DNA of 59,239 nucleotides, from NCBI GenBank assembly GCA_964567975.1, contig CAZMOW010000006.1:1-59239 (forward strand), written 5' to 3'. This DNA is from an uncultured Anaerolineales bacterium. GTDB taxonomy: Bacteria; Chloroflexota; Anaerolineae; UBA1429. The position numbers were made by a program, and so were the translations under genes. Position 1 is the first letter of the stretch. The number at the start of each line of letters is the position of its first letter. Under the pieces are notes generated by a model. It did no database searches, was not told the origin of the DNA, and saw only the letters and a list, made by a program, of their open reading frames with translations. Shown piece by piece: positions 31,975 to 41,741 of the stretch.

Positions 31975-32613
31975 TCATTCCTCATCTCTGGCTGCCGATT
32001 CGTCTCCATTGGATTTTGGTCCCGAGGAGACCTTGACGAGCGAGGGTCGAAGAACTCTATCGCCGACAAGGTACCCCTTTTCCACCTCTTCCATCACCGT
32101 GCCGGCCGGATATTCCTCACTCTCCGCCTGGAGCAGAGCCGAGTGATAATGGGGATCAAAGCGTTCTCCCAGAGCCTCGATGGGCGTCACCTCGTACTTG
32201 TCCAAAAGCCCTTCGAGCTTGTGCTGGATGAGGGTGATTCCCTCTACCCATTCTTTTTCCTTGGCTTGCTCGGGCACGTTCTGAAGGGCCCGTCGAAAAT
32301 CGTCCACGATGGGAAGAAGCTCCCCCAGCACTTCGGTGCGAAGGCGGATGGATTCGATCTCACGTTCGCGCTTTTGGCGCTTGCGATAATTGGAAAAGGC
32401 GGCTGCCTTTCGTCGGTACTTGTCGAGAAGCTCCTCGATTTCCGTCTCATACTCTTGTATTTTCTCTTGTAATTCTTCCAAGGTTTCCTCTCTATCATCC
32501 TGCTGTTGTGCGTCCGCCCCTTGCATGGGACGCTCTGTCTCGGGTCTCTCGTCTTCTTGCTGCGTGTTCATCTGTTCCTCACACCCTTTGGCCTCACCTG
32601 TTTCGTCTCCCAT
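31975..32613 (-). CDS. grpE: Nucleotide exchange factor GrpE
   Basis: FSNYRKR, FDPHYH, KGY...LRPSLVKV; SD GGAGG before ATG 32613. Confidence 0.95.
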   Translation of the reverse strand: MGDETGEAKGCEEQMNTQQEDERPETERPMQGADAQQQDDREETLEELQEKIQEYETEIEELLDKYRRKAAAFSNYRKRQKREREIESIRLRTEVLGELLPIVDDFRRALQNVPEQAKEKEWVEGITLIQHKLEGLLDKYEVTPIEALGERFDPHYHSALLQAESEEYPAGTVMEEVEKGYLVGDRVLRPSLVKVSSGPKSNGDESAARDEE

Positions 32614-32679
32614 GTGACCTCCCTTTATGGCCATCGATATTCTGTCTTATCTGAGGGGAAATCGACCTATTGTCGAGAA

Positions 32680-33780
32680 TTAATCCTTTTCCCCATAGAC
32701 GTTGCTGATCAGGTCGTCCATCAGGCGCGCGACGTAGCGTACTGTGGAGATCGCCCGGCCATAGGGCATCCGTCTTGGACCCATGATGCCCAGGACGCCG
32801 CTCGCTCTATCGCGAATGCCATAGCGAGACAGCACCAGGCTCAGGTTGTCAATCTCCTCGTAGGGCCCCTCGCCTCCGATGATCACCTGGATACCATTCG
32901 AGTTCAGCATGCTCGTGAGGATGGGCTCCAACAGGCTGTGGTGTTGTTGTATCTCGATGAGCTGCTGCATCTTTTCCGCATTTCTGAACTCTGGTTCGCG
33001 GAACATATTTTCCAGGCCATCCCGATAGATCTTGCTGATGGCATCACGCTCTATGCTTTCCATGATATCGACGACGCGACCCAAGACCTGGCGTGTCAGT
33101 CCCTCCAGAGCGGCGAGTTCGGGATCCTTGCTCTCTCGGATCTCCTCCACGGAACAGTTTTTCAATAATATATTGATTTTCTTTGATGTTTGTGTCAGCG
33201 TCTCTTGATCTATGGGATCGGCCATACCCAGCATCTCTTGGTGCATGCTGCCGTCCTCCAACACCAGAATCATGAGGCACATGACGTCGTTTATGCCGAT
33301 CAGTTCCAGATGCTTAAAATAGGCACTCTTTGCATGGGGAGGCGTAACCAGCGAGGCGGCTCTCGCAGTGTGGGCCAGCACGGCCGCTGTCAGGTTCATC
33401 CACTGATCCAGGTTGAGCCGAATTTGATGAAACTGATGACCGATCATGCGCCGCTCTGGCAGGGAGAGGTTGACCCTATCCATCAGCTCCTCGACAAAGT
33501 AGCGATATCCCTCCACCGTCGGCACCCTACCCGCCGAGGTATAGGGCTGATATACATAGCCCGCTTCCTCCAGCGCGGCGAGCTCGTTGCGAATGGTGGC
33601 CGAACTGACCTCAAGCTTCCCCACCCGACGTACGGTCTCCGACCCTACCGGATCTGCCGTGTTGATATATTCCTGGACGAGCGCCTTGAGGATATCGCGC
33701 TGTCGAGGCTTCAGTTTGCGTTCTGCAAGTTGGTTGTTCTGCGTCTCCGCTGTCATCGCTGTCTGTTTAATACTGCCCAA
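32680..33780 (-). CDS. hrcA: Heat-inducible transcription repressor HrcA
   Basis: PVGS, SSATIRNE, TSAGRVPT..GYRYFV, MGPRRMPY. Confidence 0.96.
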   Translation of the reverse strand: MGSIKQTAMTAETQNNQLAERKLKPRQRDILKALVQEYINTADPVGSETVRRVGKLEVSSATIRNELAALEEAGYVYQPYTSAGRVPTVEGYRYFVEELMDRVNLSLPERRMIGHQFHQIRLNLDQWMNLTAAVLAHTARAASLVTPPHAKSAYFKHLELIGINDVMCLMILVLEDGSMHQEMLGMADPIDQETLTQTSKKINILLKNCSVEEIRESKDPELAALEGLTRQVLGRVVDIMESIERDAISKIYRDGLENMFREPEFRNAEKMQQLIEIQQHHSLLEPILTSMLNSNGIQVIIGGEGPYEEIDNLSLVLSRYGIRDRASGVLGIMGPRRMPYGRAISTVRYVARLMDDLISNVYGEKD

Positions 33781-33807
33781 TTAGCAGTCCCCTGATTAGA
33801 GTGCCAA
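33781..33807. promoter_or_regulatory. CIRCE operator 1 (HrcA site)
   Basis: TTAGCAGTC-N9-GAGTGCCAA, directly downstream of the minus-strand promoter TTGACA-17-TATTAT. Confidence 0.9.
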
Positions 33808-33905
33808 TATAATAACATTCATCCCCTCATGTGTCAAGATCGAGGGGGCCCAAAATCGCCTCTATCCCCCTTTTCGATCACAAAACGCACTTTATGGTCA
33901 AATTA

Positions 33906-33932
33906 TTAGCACTCCTCCCCCAAGTCTGCTAA
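33906..33932. promoter_or_regulatory. CIRCE operator 2 (HrcA site)
   Basis: TTAGCACTC-N9-GTCTGCTAA, directly downstream of the minus-strand promoter TTGACA-17-TAGAAT (33934-33962). Confidence 0.88.
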
Positions 33933-34178
33933 CATTCTATCACCTTTAGTGCTCTTTGTCAACTTTACTAAAGTAGTATTGTAAGGATGCTTTTATATAG
34001 TAGAGGCTTATCGCGTCTTGGCTATGGCAAAGGACGTTGCGTTGTCATGGCGCCAGCTTTGCGCAGCGGAGGAAGACGACCTTCTTTCGAATGCAGGAAG
34101 ATGAGAAGTCCGTCCACGGATGAGAGCGGGAGGGTGGGGCGAAAGGCCCCCTCTTTCCACGTTTATGGACAAAGGAGA

Positions 34179-35186
34179 TTATCTCCCCAATTTCGGAAAG
34201 AGGAGGCCCTCGCGGCGCAGCCAGGATCCCGTGTGCTGCATCCCCTCCTCAAAGTCCACGCGAGGACGATACCCCAATTGTTCCCTGGCTTTCTCGATAG
34301 AGAAGATCTGATCGGTGCCCATGGTCTCCACCATCATGCGCGTCAGGGGAGGACGCTCCGTGCGTCCCATGAGGCGGTAGTAGTTCTCCCAGGCCGCAGC
34401 TAATAGGTAGGCGAACCAATGAGGATAGCTGTGCGTGGGACGGGGGAGCTCGGCCAGGTCTGCCAGGGCATTCAGGTACTGCTGCCATGTCACCTCGCTA
34501 TCATCGGAGATATTGTACGCCTCGCCGACGGCCGCTTCGCTATCCGCCGCTAGGATCAGGGCATCCACCAAGTTTCCCACATAGGTCAGCCCGGCAACGT
34601 GTTGGCCGCCATCGATCAGAACGGCCTCCCGCTTACGGATGGCCTCGAGCATGTCCGTGACAAAGAGATCGCCCCCGGGGCCATACACGGTGGCCGGTCT
34701 GATCACACAGACGGGTAGCCCCACGCGCCGTCGGTGATTCCAGACCAGGCTTTCCGCCTCGATCTTGCTGTCCACATAGGGAAAGCCCCTGGGGGAGGGA
34801 CGCTCCTCCTCGGTCACCCGCTCGCCTGCAAAGCCATAGATGTCGGTGGTGCTGAGGTGAACGAACTTGTCCACTTTGGCGCGCGTGGCTGCCGCCAGGA
34901 TGTTTCGTACGCCGTGGACGTTCGCCTGGCGAAAAGTCTCCTCGACGCCCCAATCCCTTACCAGGGCGGCGCAGTGAAAGATGCGGTCCACCCCCTGGGC
35001 GATGGCCATGAGGGCGGCTGCGTCTGCCAGGTCTCCGATACGGATCTCTACCCCCAGTTCTCTCAGGCGGCCCTTGTCGCTGGTGGGGCGGACCAACGCG
35101 CGCACCGCTTCCCCTCGCATCACCAGTGTCTCGACGAGATGACTACCGATCGCTCCCGTGGCACCGGTTACCAAGCTCACAACCAT
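34179..35186 (-). CDS. NAD-dependent epimerase/dehydratase (extended SDR, 3-beta-HSD-like)
   Basis: TGATGAIG, HCAA, YVDSK, RPATVYGPG. Confidence 0.88.
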   Translation of the reverse strand: MVVSLVTGATGAIGSHLVETLVMRGEAVRALVRPTSDKGRLRELGVEIRIGDLADAAALMAIAQGVDRIFHCAALVRDWGVEETFRQANVHGVRNILAAATRAKVDKFVHLSTTDIYGFAGERVTEEERPSPRGFPYVDSKIEAESLVWNHRRRVGLPVCVIRPATVYGPGGDLFVTDMLEAIRKREAVLIDGGQHVAGLTYVGNLVDALILAADSEAAVGEAYNISDDSEVTWQQYLNALADLAELPRPTHSYPHWFAYLLAAAWENYYRLMGRTERPPLTRMMVETMGTDQIFSIEKAREQLGYRPRVDFEEGMQHTGSWLRREGLLFPKLGR

Positions 35187-35367
35187 GCCGGGCCTCCTTT
35201 CGCCGTGTACCATCCAGTTAGGCCGTTGTATTCGCTTGTAAAGCATCTCATTCGGGGCTGCAGCGTTTGTTCAGGACAGGAGAGCGAGGTGCAACTGTTC
35301 CCGTGCTGGGCTGAGAGAACCACATGGGGCGGACGGCGTCATGTCTCTGACGGAGCCCCTCCCATGC

Positions 35368-36120
35368 TCACGCCGTACAAGCCCGCTGCCGGGCCTCCCA
35401 GGCGCGATAGAGCATGACGGAGCCAGCCACAGAGACATTGAGGGAGTTGATATGCCCCACCATGGGGATGCGGTATAAAAAATCGCACTTTTCCACCGTC
35501 AGGCGGCGCATGCCTTTGCCCTCGCTGCCCAGCACCAGGGCGAGGGGCATATCCAGGTCGGCCTCTCGATAATCCTGAGCATCTGGATGATCCTCTACAC
35601 CCACCACCCAGATGCGCTCCTCTTTGAGTATATCCAGCGTGCGGGCCAGGTTCGTCACCTGCGCCACGTGGAGGTATTCTATGGCTCCCACGGAGGCGCG
35701 GCTGACTGCCTCCGTGACGCTCGCGGAACGGCGCTTGGGGATGATGATGCCCTGTACCCCCACCGCCTCCGCCGTGCGCGCGAGGGCTCCCAGGTTTTGG
35801 GGATCCTTGAGTGAGTCCAGGGCCAGGAAAAAGGGCTGTTCCTCGCGCTGCCGGGACATATGTAGCAGTTGGTCCAGGGAGAGGTAGGGGTAGGGGGACA
35901 CGCGTGCGGCGACCCCTTGGTGGTTCACGTCTCCGGCCATCCGATCGACCTGCTTGCGGTCCACCCACGAGATGGGGATACCCCGTTGATCGCAGGTCTG
36001 GAGGATATCGTCGATGATATCCTTTTGGGCTATACCCTCGGCCAGTACTACCTCCTCCACCGCGCGACGCCCCGCGCAGAGTGCTTCGTACACTGGATTG
36101 CGGCCCGCAAGGTTCTCCAT
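35368..36120 (-). CDS. rlmB: 23S rRNA Gm2251 methyltransferase (TrmH/SpoU family)
   Basis: HQGVAA, DPQNLGA..R, GSEGKG, SLNVSVA. Confidence 0.92.
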   Translation of the reverse strand: MENLAGRNPVYEALCAGRRAVEEVVLAEGIAQKDIIDDILQTCDQRGIPISWVDRKQVDRMAGDVNHQGVAARVSPYPYLSLDQLLHMSRQREEQPFFLALDSLKDPQNLGALARTAEAVGVQGIIIPKRRSASVTEAVSRASVGAIEYLHVAQVTNLARTLDILKEERIWVVGVEDHPDAQDYREADLDMPLALVLGSEGKGMRRLTVEKCDFLYRIPMVGHINSLNVSVAGSVMLYRAWEARQRACTA

Positions 36121-36152
36121 CGTCGCCTACCTCGTATGATCGATGTGGATTA

Positions 36153-37595
36153 TCATGTATAAGTCCATGTGGTGCCCTCTGATCCGTCCTGCAGTTCGAT
36201 ACCTATCTCCTGGAGGCGTTCGCGCGTCTCGTCGGCCAGGTTGTATAGTCCTTCCTCGCGCAGTTGAGAGCGGATATCGATGAGCAGCTCGATGATATCC
36301 TTCTCCAAACCCCTCTCTGTCCGTTGGCCTAGATCGTCGGGCAGTATACCCAGCGCGTCCCCGGCCAGGCGTGTATAGAGCTCGTCCATGGCTTCCAGCG
36401 ATCCCCGGGCAAGGGGGCGATCCGCATTCAGCAGGCTGTTGACCTGTCGTGTCAGATCAAAGAGGGCAGCGATGCCACCCGCCGTGTTAAAGTCGTCGTT
36501 CATATTTTCCTCAAAGCGCTCTCGGGCTTTCTCTATGAGGTTCGCCACCGGGGGACTCACATCTCCCTCGGGGGCTGAGGGCAGCTCCCGGCGCACGGCG
36601 GTGATGGCGTTCAACAGGCGCCGATAGCCCCTTTGCGCAGCGTCAAGGGCCTCCTCTGTCATATCCAGGGGGCCGCGATAGTGGCTGAGCAGAATAAAGA
36701 AGCGGATGACCATGGGGTCCCAGCGCTCAAAGGCCTCTTCGAGAGTGATAAAGTTGCCCAGGGATTTATGCATCTCCTCCCCACGGATCATGAGCATCCC
36801 GTTGTGCAGCCAGTATTTCGCAAAGGGCTTGCCCTCGGCGGCTTCTGCCTGGGCGATCTCGCATTCGTGGTGCGGGAACTTGTTTTCCACGCCGCCCCCG
36901 TGGATATCAAAGGGCTGGTCCAGGTATTTGGTGGACATAACGGTACATTCGATGTGCCAGCCGGGATAGCCTTCCCCCCAGGGGCTGTCCCAGCGCATGA
37001 TGTGGCCGGGGGGCGCCTTTTTCCAAAGTGCAAAGTCGGCCGGATGACGCTTTTCCTCCCGCACCTTCACCCGGGCGCCGCTCTGCATATCCTCTATGCT
37101 GCGCCCCGAGAGTCTACCATAGTCCTCGAACTTGGTGACAGAAAAGTATACCGAGCCGTTCACCTCATAGGCATATCCCGCGTCGATGAGTTCTTGCACC
37201 CACGCTATCATCTCGGGGATGTGCCCGCTCGCTCGCGGCGTGATGTCGGGCCGCAGGACGTGGAGTCTGTCCATATCGCGGAAATACCGTCGCGTATAGA
37301 GCTCGGCGACCTGCATGGGCTGCATCTGCTCCCGCTCGGCCCCTTTGATCAGGCGGTCCTCGCCATCCTCCAGCAGGTGTCCCACGTCGGTGATATTTTG
37401 GACATAGAGGACGTCATAACCCAGGTAGCGTAGATAGCGCACGATGGTATCAAAGTTCACATAGGTCTTGCCGTGGCCCAGGTGGGCGTCGTTATACACG
37501 GTGGGCCCACATACGTACATGTGCACGCGCCCCTCGTGGACCGGTTCAAAGACCTCCTTGTCTCGCGTCAGCGAGTTATATACATAAAGAGTCAT
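36153..37595 (-). CDS. cysS: Cysteine--tRNA ligase
   Basis: CGPTVY..HLGH, DFALWK, PGWHIEC, FPHHECE, EMHKSLGN. Confidence 0.96.
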   Translation of the reverse strand: MTLYVYNSLTRDKEVFEPVHEGRVHMYVCGPTVYNDAHLGHGKTYVNFDTIVRYLRYLGYDVLYVQNITDVGHLLEDGEDRLIKGAEREQMQPMQVAELYTRRYFRDMDRLHVLRPDITPRASGHIPEMIAWVQELIDAGYAYEVNGSVYFSVTKFEDYGRLSGRSIEDMQSGARVKVREEKRHPADFALWKKAPPGHIMRWDSPWGEGYPGWHIECTVMSTKYLDQPFDIHGGGVENKFPHHECEIAQAEAAEGKPFAKYWLHNGMLMIRGEEMHKSLGNFITLEEAFERWDPMVIRFFILLSHYRGPLDMTEEALDAAQRGYRRLLNAITAVRRELPSAPEGDVSPPVANLIEKARERFEENMNDDFNTAGGIAALFDLTRQVNSLLNADRPLARGSLEAMDELYTRLAGDALGILPDDLGQRTERGLEKDIIELLIDIRSQLREEGLYNLADETRERLQEIGIELQDGSEGTTWTYT

Positions 37596-37651
37596 CGTTT
37601 TGTACCTCCAAACGCAAAATGAGTGCTGGGGCCAGAATATGGGTATAAAGA

Positions 37652-39178
37652 CTATGGATTCTGGGAACTGGCCGCCTCCAACGACAGCGCCCTTTCCAGG
37701 CGTTTCTGGCAGCGCAGCAGGCCGCAGAGGGACATGACCAGTCCGAGGCTGGGACCAGATACCGAGCCCGTAAGGGCAGCGCGCAGAGGGAACATGACGT
37801 CCCGGCCACCAAGGTCGGCCGTCTCTCGGAAATGCTCCCGCACGGTACGCAGGTAGTCATTGGCCGTCTCGTGGCTGCTCAGATCTGACACAGTCAGCGT
37901 ATCAAGGCAGTGTTCCAATACGACGTGGGCCTCTTTTCCTTCTAGGGCGTCTCGTGCCTCGGGAAAAAAGTCGGAAACGTCCTCGACCAAGGCGAATTCG
38001 CTTAGAGAAACCATGTCCTGGACCGTGGTGGCCTCCTCACGGGTGGCTTCCACGAGCAGGCGGTACCACGTGTGGGGATCGTGTGCCGTCCCCTGGGCAC
38101 GGTGCCAGCGTCCGTAGGCCTCCTGTAAGCGCGGCTTCAAGAGTTCTCCCACATACTCTGTATCCGCGCTTTGCAGCCGCCTCTTGTTGAACCATGCCAG
38201 GCGGTCGGGATCAAAGATGGATGGGTTAGCGGATAGCGCGTCAAGGGCGAAACGCTCGACCAACTGTTCCCGTGTAAGGCGCTCTGGATGCTCACCCGGC
38301 GCCCAGCCCAAGGTGGCGAGATAGGCCACCAGGGCCTCTGGCAGATATCCCCTGTCGCGATAAGAGGCGATGGACACATCCCCCAATCGCTTGCTCATCT
38401 TGGTGCCATCGGGCGTCATGATCAGTGAAAGGTGGCCAAAGAGCGGGGGCTCGTAGCCAAGCGCTTTGTACAGGAGGAGCTGGCGGGGGGTATTCGGAAG
38501 ATGCTCCTCTCCTCGCAGCACGTGGGTGATTCCCATGGCCTGGTCATCGACAACGGCCGCCAGATTATAGAGCGGACGTCCTCCCTCCAGGCTCTCGTCC
38601 TCGCTCCCATAGATGACAAAGTCGCCGATGTCGTCGCTGGAGAAGCGCACCTTCCCACGGATCAGGTCATGGACCACGATGGTTTCCCCCCGAGGCACCC
38701 AAAAGCGCACCACGGGAGTACGGCCCTTCTCTTGGGACAGCCTTTGACGCACCTCGGGATCGCGACAACGGCCACTGTAACGAGGGGGGCGGCCCTCGAC
38801 AGCCGCTCGCTCACGCTCGGCTGCCAGTTCTTCTGGAGTGCAGTAGCAAAAGTAGGCCTTTCCCGCATCCAGGAGACGGTACACCGCCTGGCGATAGAGT
38901 TCCAGCCGTTCCGACTGTCGATACGGTCCCGCGTCTCCCCCCGCGAGGGGACCCTCGTCCCATTCAAGGTCAAGCCAGCGAAGGGATGTGTACAGATCTT
39001 TTTCATAGCGCATCTCAGAACGAGTGATGTCCGTGTCCTCTATGCGCAAGACCAGTTTACCATCGGTCTTGCGGACATAGAGATAATTGAACAGGGCCGT
39101 TCGCATGCCACCAATATGCTGCTTGCCCGTGGGACTGGGCGCATAGCGAACGCGTACAGTTTTCTTCAGGGCCATCAC
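37652..39178 (-). CDS. gltX: Glutamate--tRNA ligase
   Basis: RYAPSPTG..HIGG, RIEDTD, RGEEHLPNT, KMSKR. Confidence 0.94.
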   Translation of the reverse strand: MMALKKTVRVRYAPSPTGKQHIGGMRTALFNYLYVRKTDGKLVLRIEDTDITRSEMRYEKDLYTSLRWLDLEWDEGPLAGGDAGPYRQSERLELYRQAVYRLLDAGKAYFCYCTPEELAAERERAAVEGRPPRYSGRCRDPEVRQRLSQEKGRTPVVRFWVPRGETIVVHDLIRGKVRFSSDDIGDFVIYGSEDESLEGGRPLYNLAAVVDDQAMGITHVLRGEEHLPNTPRQLLLYKALGYEPPLFGHLSLIMTPDGTKMSKRLGDVSIASYRDRGYLPEALVAYLATLGWAPGEHPERLTREQLVERFALDALSANPSIFDPDRLAWFNKRRLQSADTEYVGELLKPRLQEAYGRWHRAQGTAHDPHTWYRLLVEATREEATTVQDMVSLSEFALVEDVSDFFPEARDALEGKEAHVVLEHCLDTLTVSDLSSHETANDYLRTVREHFRETADLGGRDVMFPLRAALTGSVSGPSLGLVMSLCGLLRCQKRLERALSLEAASSQNP

Positions 39179-40230
39179 TGTCCGCGACCTTTGATGCTAC
39201 CGAATATCATCCGCCCGGCAGCTGTCTGCAGCACGCGGGTCACCTCGATATCCACCTCTCTGTCCATATAGCGCTCCCCATTTTCCACCACTATCATCGT
39301 CCCATCGTCAAGATATCCCACTCCCTGTCGCGGTTCCTTGCCCTCCTGGATGATATGTACCTGGAGGGTCTCACCGGGCAACACCACCGTCTTGACCGTG
39401 TTTGCCAGCTCGTTGATGTTCAATACGCGTACGCCCTGGAGTTCGGCCACCCGGTTGAGATTATAGTCGTTGGTAAGGATGGGACAGTCCAGCTCCTGCG
39501 CCAACTTGATGAGTTTGGCGTCCACGGTATGTCCGTTTTTCACGTTGTATTCGCTTATCTGCAAAGGAACGTTTTCATCCCTTTGCAGTGTATTCAACAT
39601 CTCGAGGCCTCGACGGCCCCTTCTGCGCCGCAGGTCGTCCGACGAATCGGCGATGTGCTGCAGTTCGTTCAGCACAAAACGTGGCACGATCAGGGTGCCT
39701 CTGACAAAGCCCGTTTTGCGAATGTCGGCTATGCGTCCATCGATGATCACGCTGGTATCCAGCAGGACAAGATCCTCCCTTTCCCTGGCACTGTCGCGGT
39801 CTGAGAGCAGACCCAAGAGGGCGAGCACCTCCTTTTCGTGCATGTGCAGGAGCGCCACCCCAAGAAACCCAAACACCACCGCCCCCGCAAGGGGAGAGAA
39901 CTCTCCCCATTTACCGGGCAGTAGTGAGAGGGGAATCGTCAGAAGGGCAGCGACGAGCAATCCCATAACGAACCCCAGGACGCCGACGAGAAGGGAAGGT
40001 ATGGGAGTCTGCTTTAGTCGTTTGTGCAGCGCCTGTCCAGGCCTGATCACCAACCGAGGTGCGGTGGTAAACCCCACGACGGCACCCAGAAACGAGACCG
40101 CAAAACAATAATGCTCCTTTGTGAGGGGGACCGTCGAGGGTATCCGCGGACTGAGAACAAAGCCAAGTTTCCAACCCAGTAGGGCGAAAACGCCCATCAA
40201 CGTAAGACGTAAAAAAAGATTAGTAGACAT
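39175..40230 (-). CDS. Membrane PIN/TRAM-domain protein (YacL-like)
   Basis: N-terminal TM helices, LDTSVIIDGRI, TNDYNLN, GYLDDGTMIVVE, QTAAGRMIF. Confidence 0.92.
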   Translation of the reverse strand: MSTNLFLRLTLMGVFALLGWKLGFVLSPRIPSTVPLTKEHYCFAVSFLGAVVGFTTAPRLVIRPGQALHKRLKQTPIPSLLVGVLGFVMGLLVAALLTIPLSLLPGKWGEFSPLAGAVVFGFLGVALLHMHEKEVLALLGLLSDRDSAREREDLVLLDTSVIIDGRIADIRKTGFVRGTLIVPRFVLNELQHIADSSDDLRRRRGRRGLEMLNTLQRDENVPLQISEYNVKNGHTVDAKLIKLAQELDCPILTNDYNLNRVAELQGVRVLNINELANTVKTVVLPGETLQVHIIQEGKEPRQGVGYLDDGTMIVVENGERYMDREVDIEVTRVLQTAAGRMIFGSIKGRGQ

Positions 40231-40362
40231 GATGATACCTCTTTCCGGATCTCGGCGCCATACTAAAAAGCGCCTTCTTCCTCTATCCACTTTTATGGAA
40301 ATGTGTTGGGCTCAGGCCAAATGGCCACCTCCTTTCCAAGGGTGTGAGTGTGGCATATGTGC

Positions 40363-41739
40363 CTAGCCGGCTTTTTCCAGCGCCGCGTCGATGGCTTTGG
40401 CTACGGAGCGTGCTATACGGGGTTTGATGTCCTCTTCCATGGACAGGCTTTGTCCCTCTGTGCCGGGCATGAGGATGTGCTCAAAGCCAAGCTTGCTCGC
40501 CTCGCGGCATCGCCTCTCGCTCTGACTCACCCGCCGAAGCTCTCCCGCAAGCCCGACCTCGCCAAAGATGGCCAGATCGGCAAAGACAGGACGATTATAA
40601 TAGCTGGAGGCGATGGCCACAGCGATGGCCAGGTCCACGGCGGGTTCCCTGATGTGTAATCCCCCAACCACGTTGACGAATATATCCTGATTGCCCAGTT
40701 TCAGTCCCACGCGTTTGCCGAGTACGGCAGAAAGAAGAAGGAGTCGGTTGGTATCTATACCATTGCATGTGCGGCGTGGATAGTTGAGGCTCGATTGGCT
40801 GACCAGGGCCTGGATTTCCACCAGGATGGGTCGCGTGCCCTCCATGGTCACGGCCACGGCGGATCCAGACGCATGGCCCAACCTCTCTTCGAGGAACATC
40901 TGAGAGGGGTTGGGTACCTCGAGAAGTCCCTTGTCGCACATTTCAAAGACGCCGACCTCGTTTGTGGAGCCAAAGCGATTCTTTACGCTGCGCAGCAGCC
41001 GGTAGGTATGGAAACGCTCGCCCTCCAGATACAATACCGTATCTACTATATGCTCAAGGGCCTTGGGCCCCGCTATGCTGCCCGATTTGGTGACGTGTCC
41101 CACGAGGAAGGTGGGGATATTGCGCGTTTTGGCCAGGCGGAGAAGGGAGGTTGCACAGTCTCGCACCTGGCCTATACTACCGGCTGACGCACCGCGGCCC
41201 TCCGTGTAGATCGACTGGATAGAGTCCACGATGATGAGGTTCGGCTCCATCTCCTCGATCTGGTGTAGGATCCGTTCCAGGCTTGTCTCCGATAGCACGT
41301 AGAGTTGAGAGGAATCAAGGGACAGGCGGCTGGCGCGGAGCTTGATCTGCTGGAGAGATTCTTCTCCTGAGACGTACAGTGCTCTCCCGTCCCTTTCACT
41401 CATGATGGAGGCCAACTGAAGTAGCAACGTGGACTTGCCGATACCTGGGTCGCCTCCCAACAGCACCACGGCGCCGGGAACGATGCCGCCGCCCAGTACC
41501 CGGTTCAGCTCCTCGATGGGTACAGTGACCCGATCATGGGTGTTCGAGGCGATATCAGAAAGGGAAAACGCACGCGCTTCTCCTGCGGCTGCGGAGATGC
41601 TGTTGGAATCGCTTGATGGTTCTGAGAGGACTGTCTCTACAAGCGTGTTCCATTCCCCACATTCGGGGCAGCGTCCCATCCATTTTAGTTGCATCGCACC
41701 GCAGGCTTCGCAGACGAAGCGCGTGCGTTTTTTGCTCAT
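40363..41739 (-). CDS. radA: DNA repair protein RadA/Sms
   Basis: C4 zinc finger, GDPGIGKST, KNRFG. Confidence 0.97.
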   Translation of the reverse strand: MSKKRTRFVCEACGAMQLKWMGRCPECGEWNTLVETVLSEPSSDSNSISAAAGEARAFSLSDIASNTHDRVTVPIEELNRVLGGGIVPGAVVLLGGDPGIGKSTLLLQLASIMSERDGRALYVSGEESLQQIKLRASRLSLDSSQLYVLSETSLERILHQIEEMEPNLIIVDSIQSIYTEGRGASAGSIGQVRDCATSLLRLAKTRNIPTFLVGHVTKSGSIAGPKALEHIVDTVLYLEGERFHTYRLLRSVKNRFGSTNEVGVFEMCDKGLLEVPNPSQMFLEERLGHASGSAVAVTMEGTRPILVEIQALVSQSSLNYPRRTCNGIDTNRLLLLSAVLGKRVGLKLGNQDIFVNVVGGLHIREPAVDLAIAVAIASSYYNRPVFADLAIFGEVGLAGELRRVSQSERRCREASKLGFEHILMPGTEGQSLSMEEDIKPRIARSVAKAIDAALEKAG

Positions 41740-41741
41740 AC

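Noticed and set aside
34125-34160. GGGGC-GAAA-GGCCCC hairpin resembling a structured-RNA element
   Set aside because: It is an isolated hairpin without group II intron domain V or riboswitch context, and is probably a 3' stem of the epimerase mRNA.
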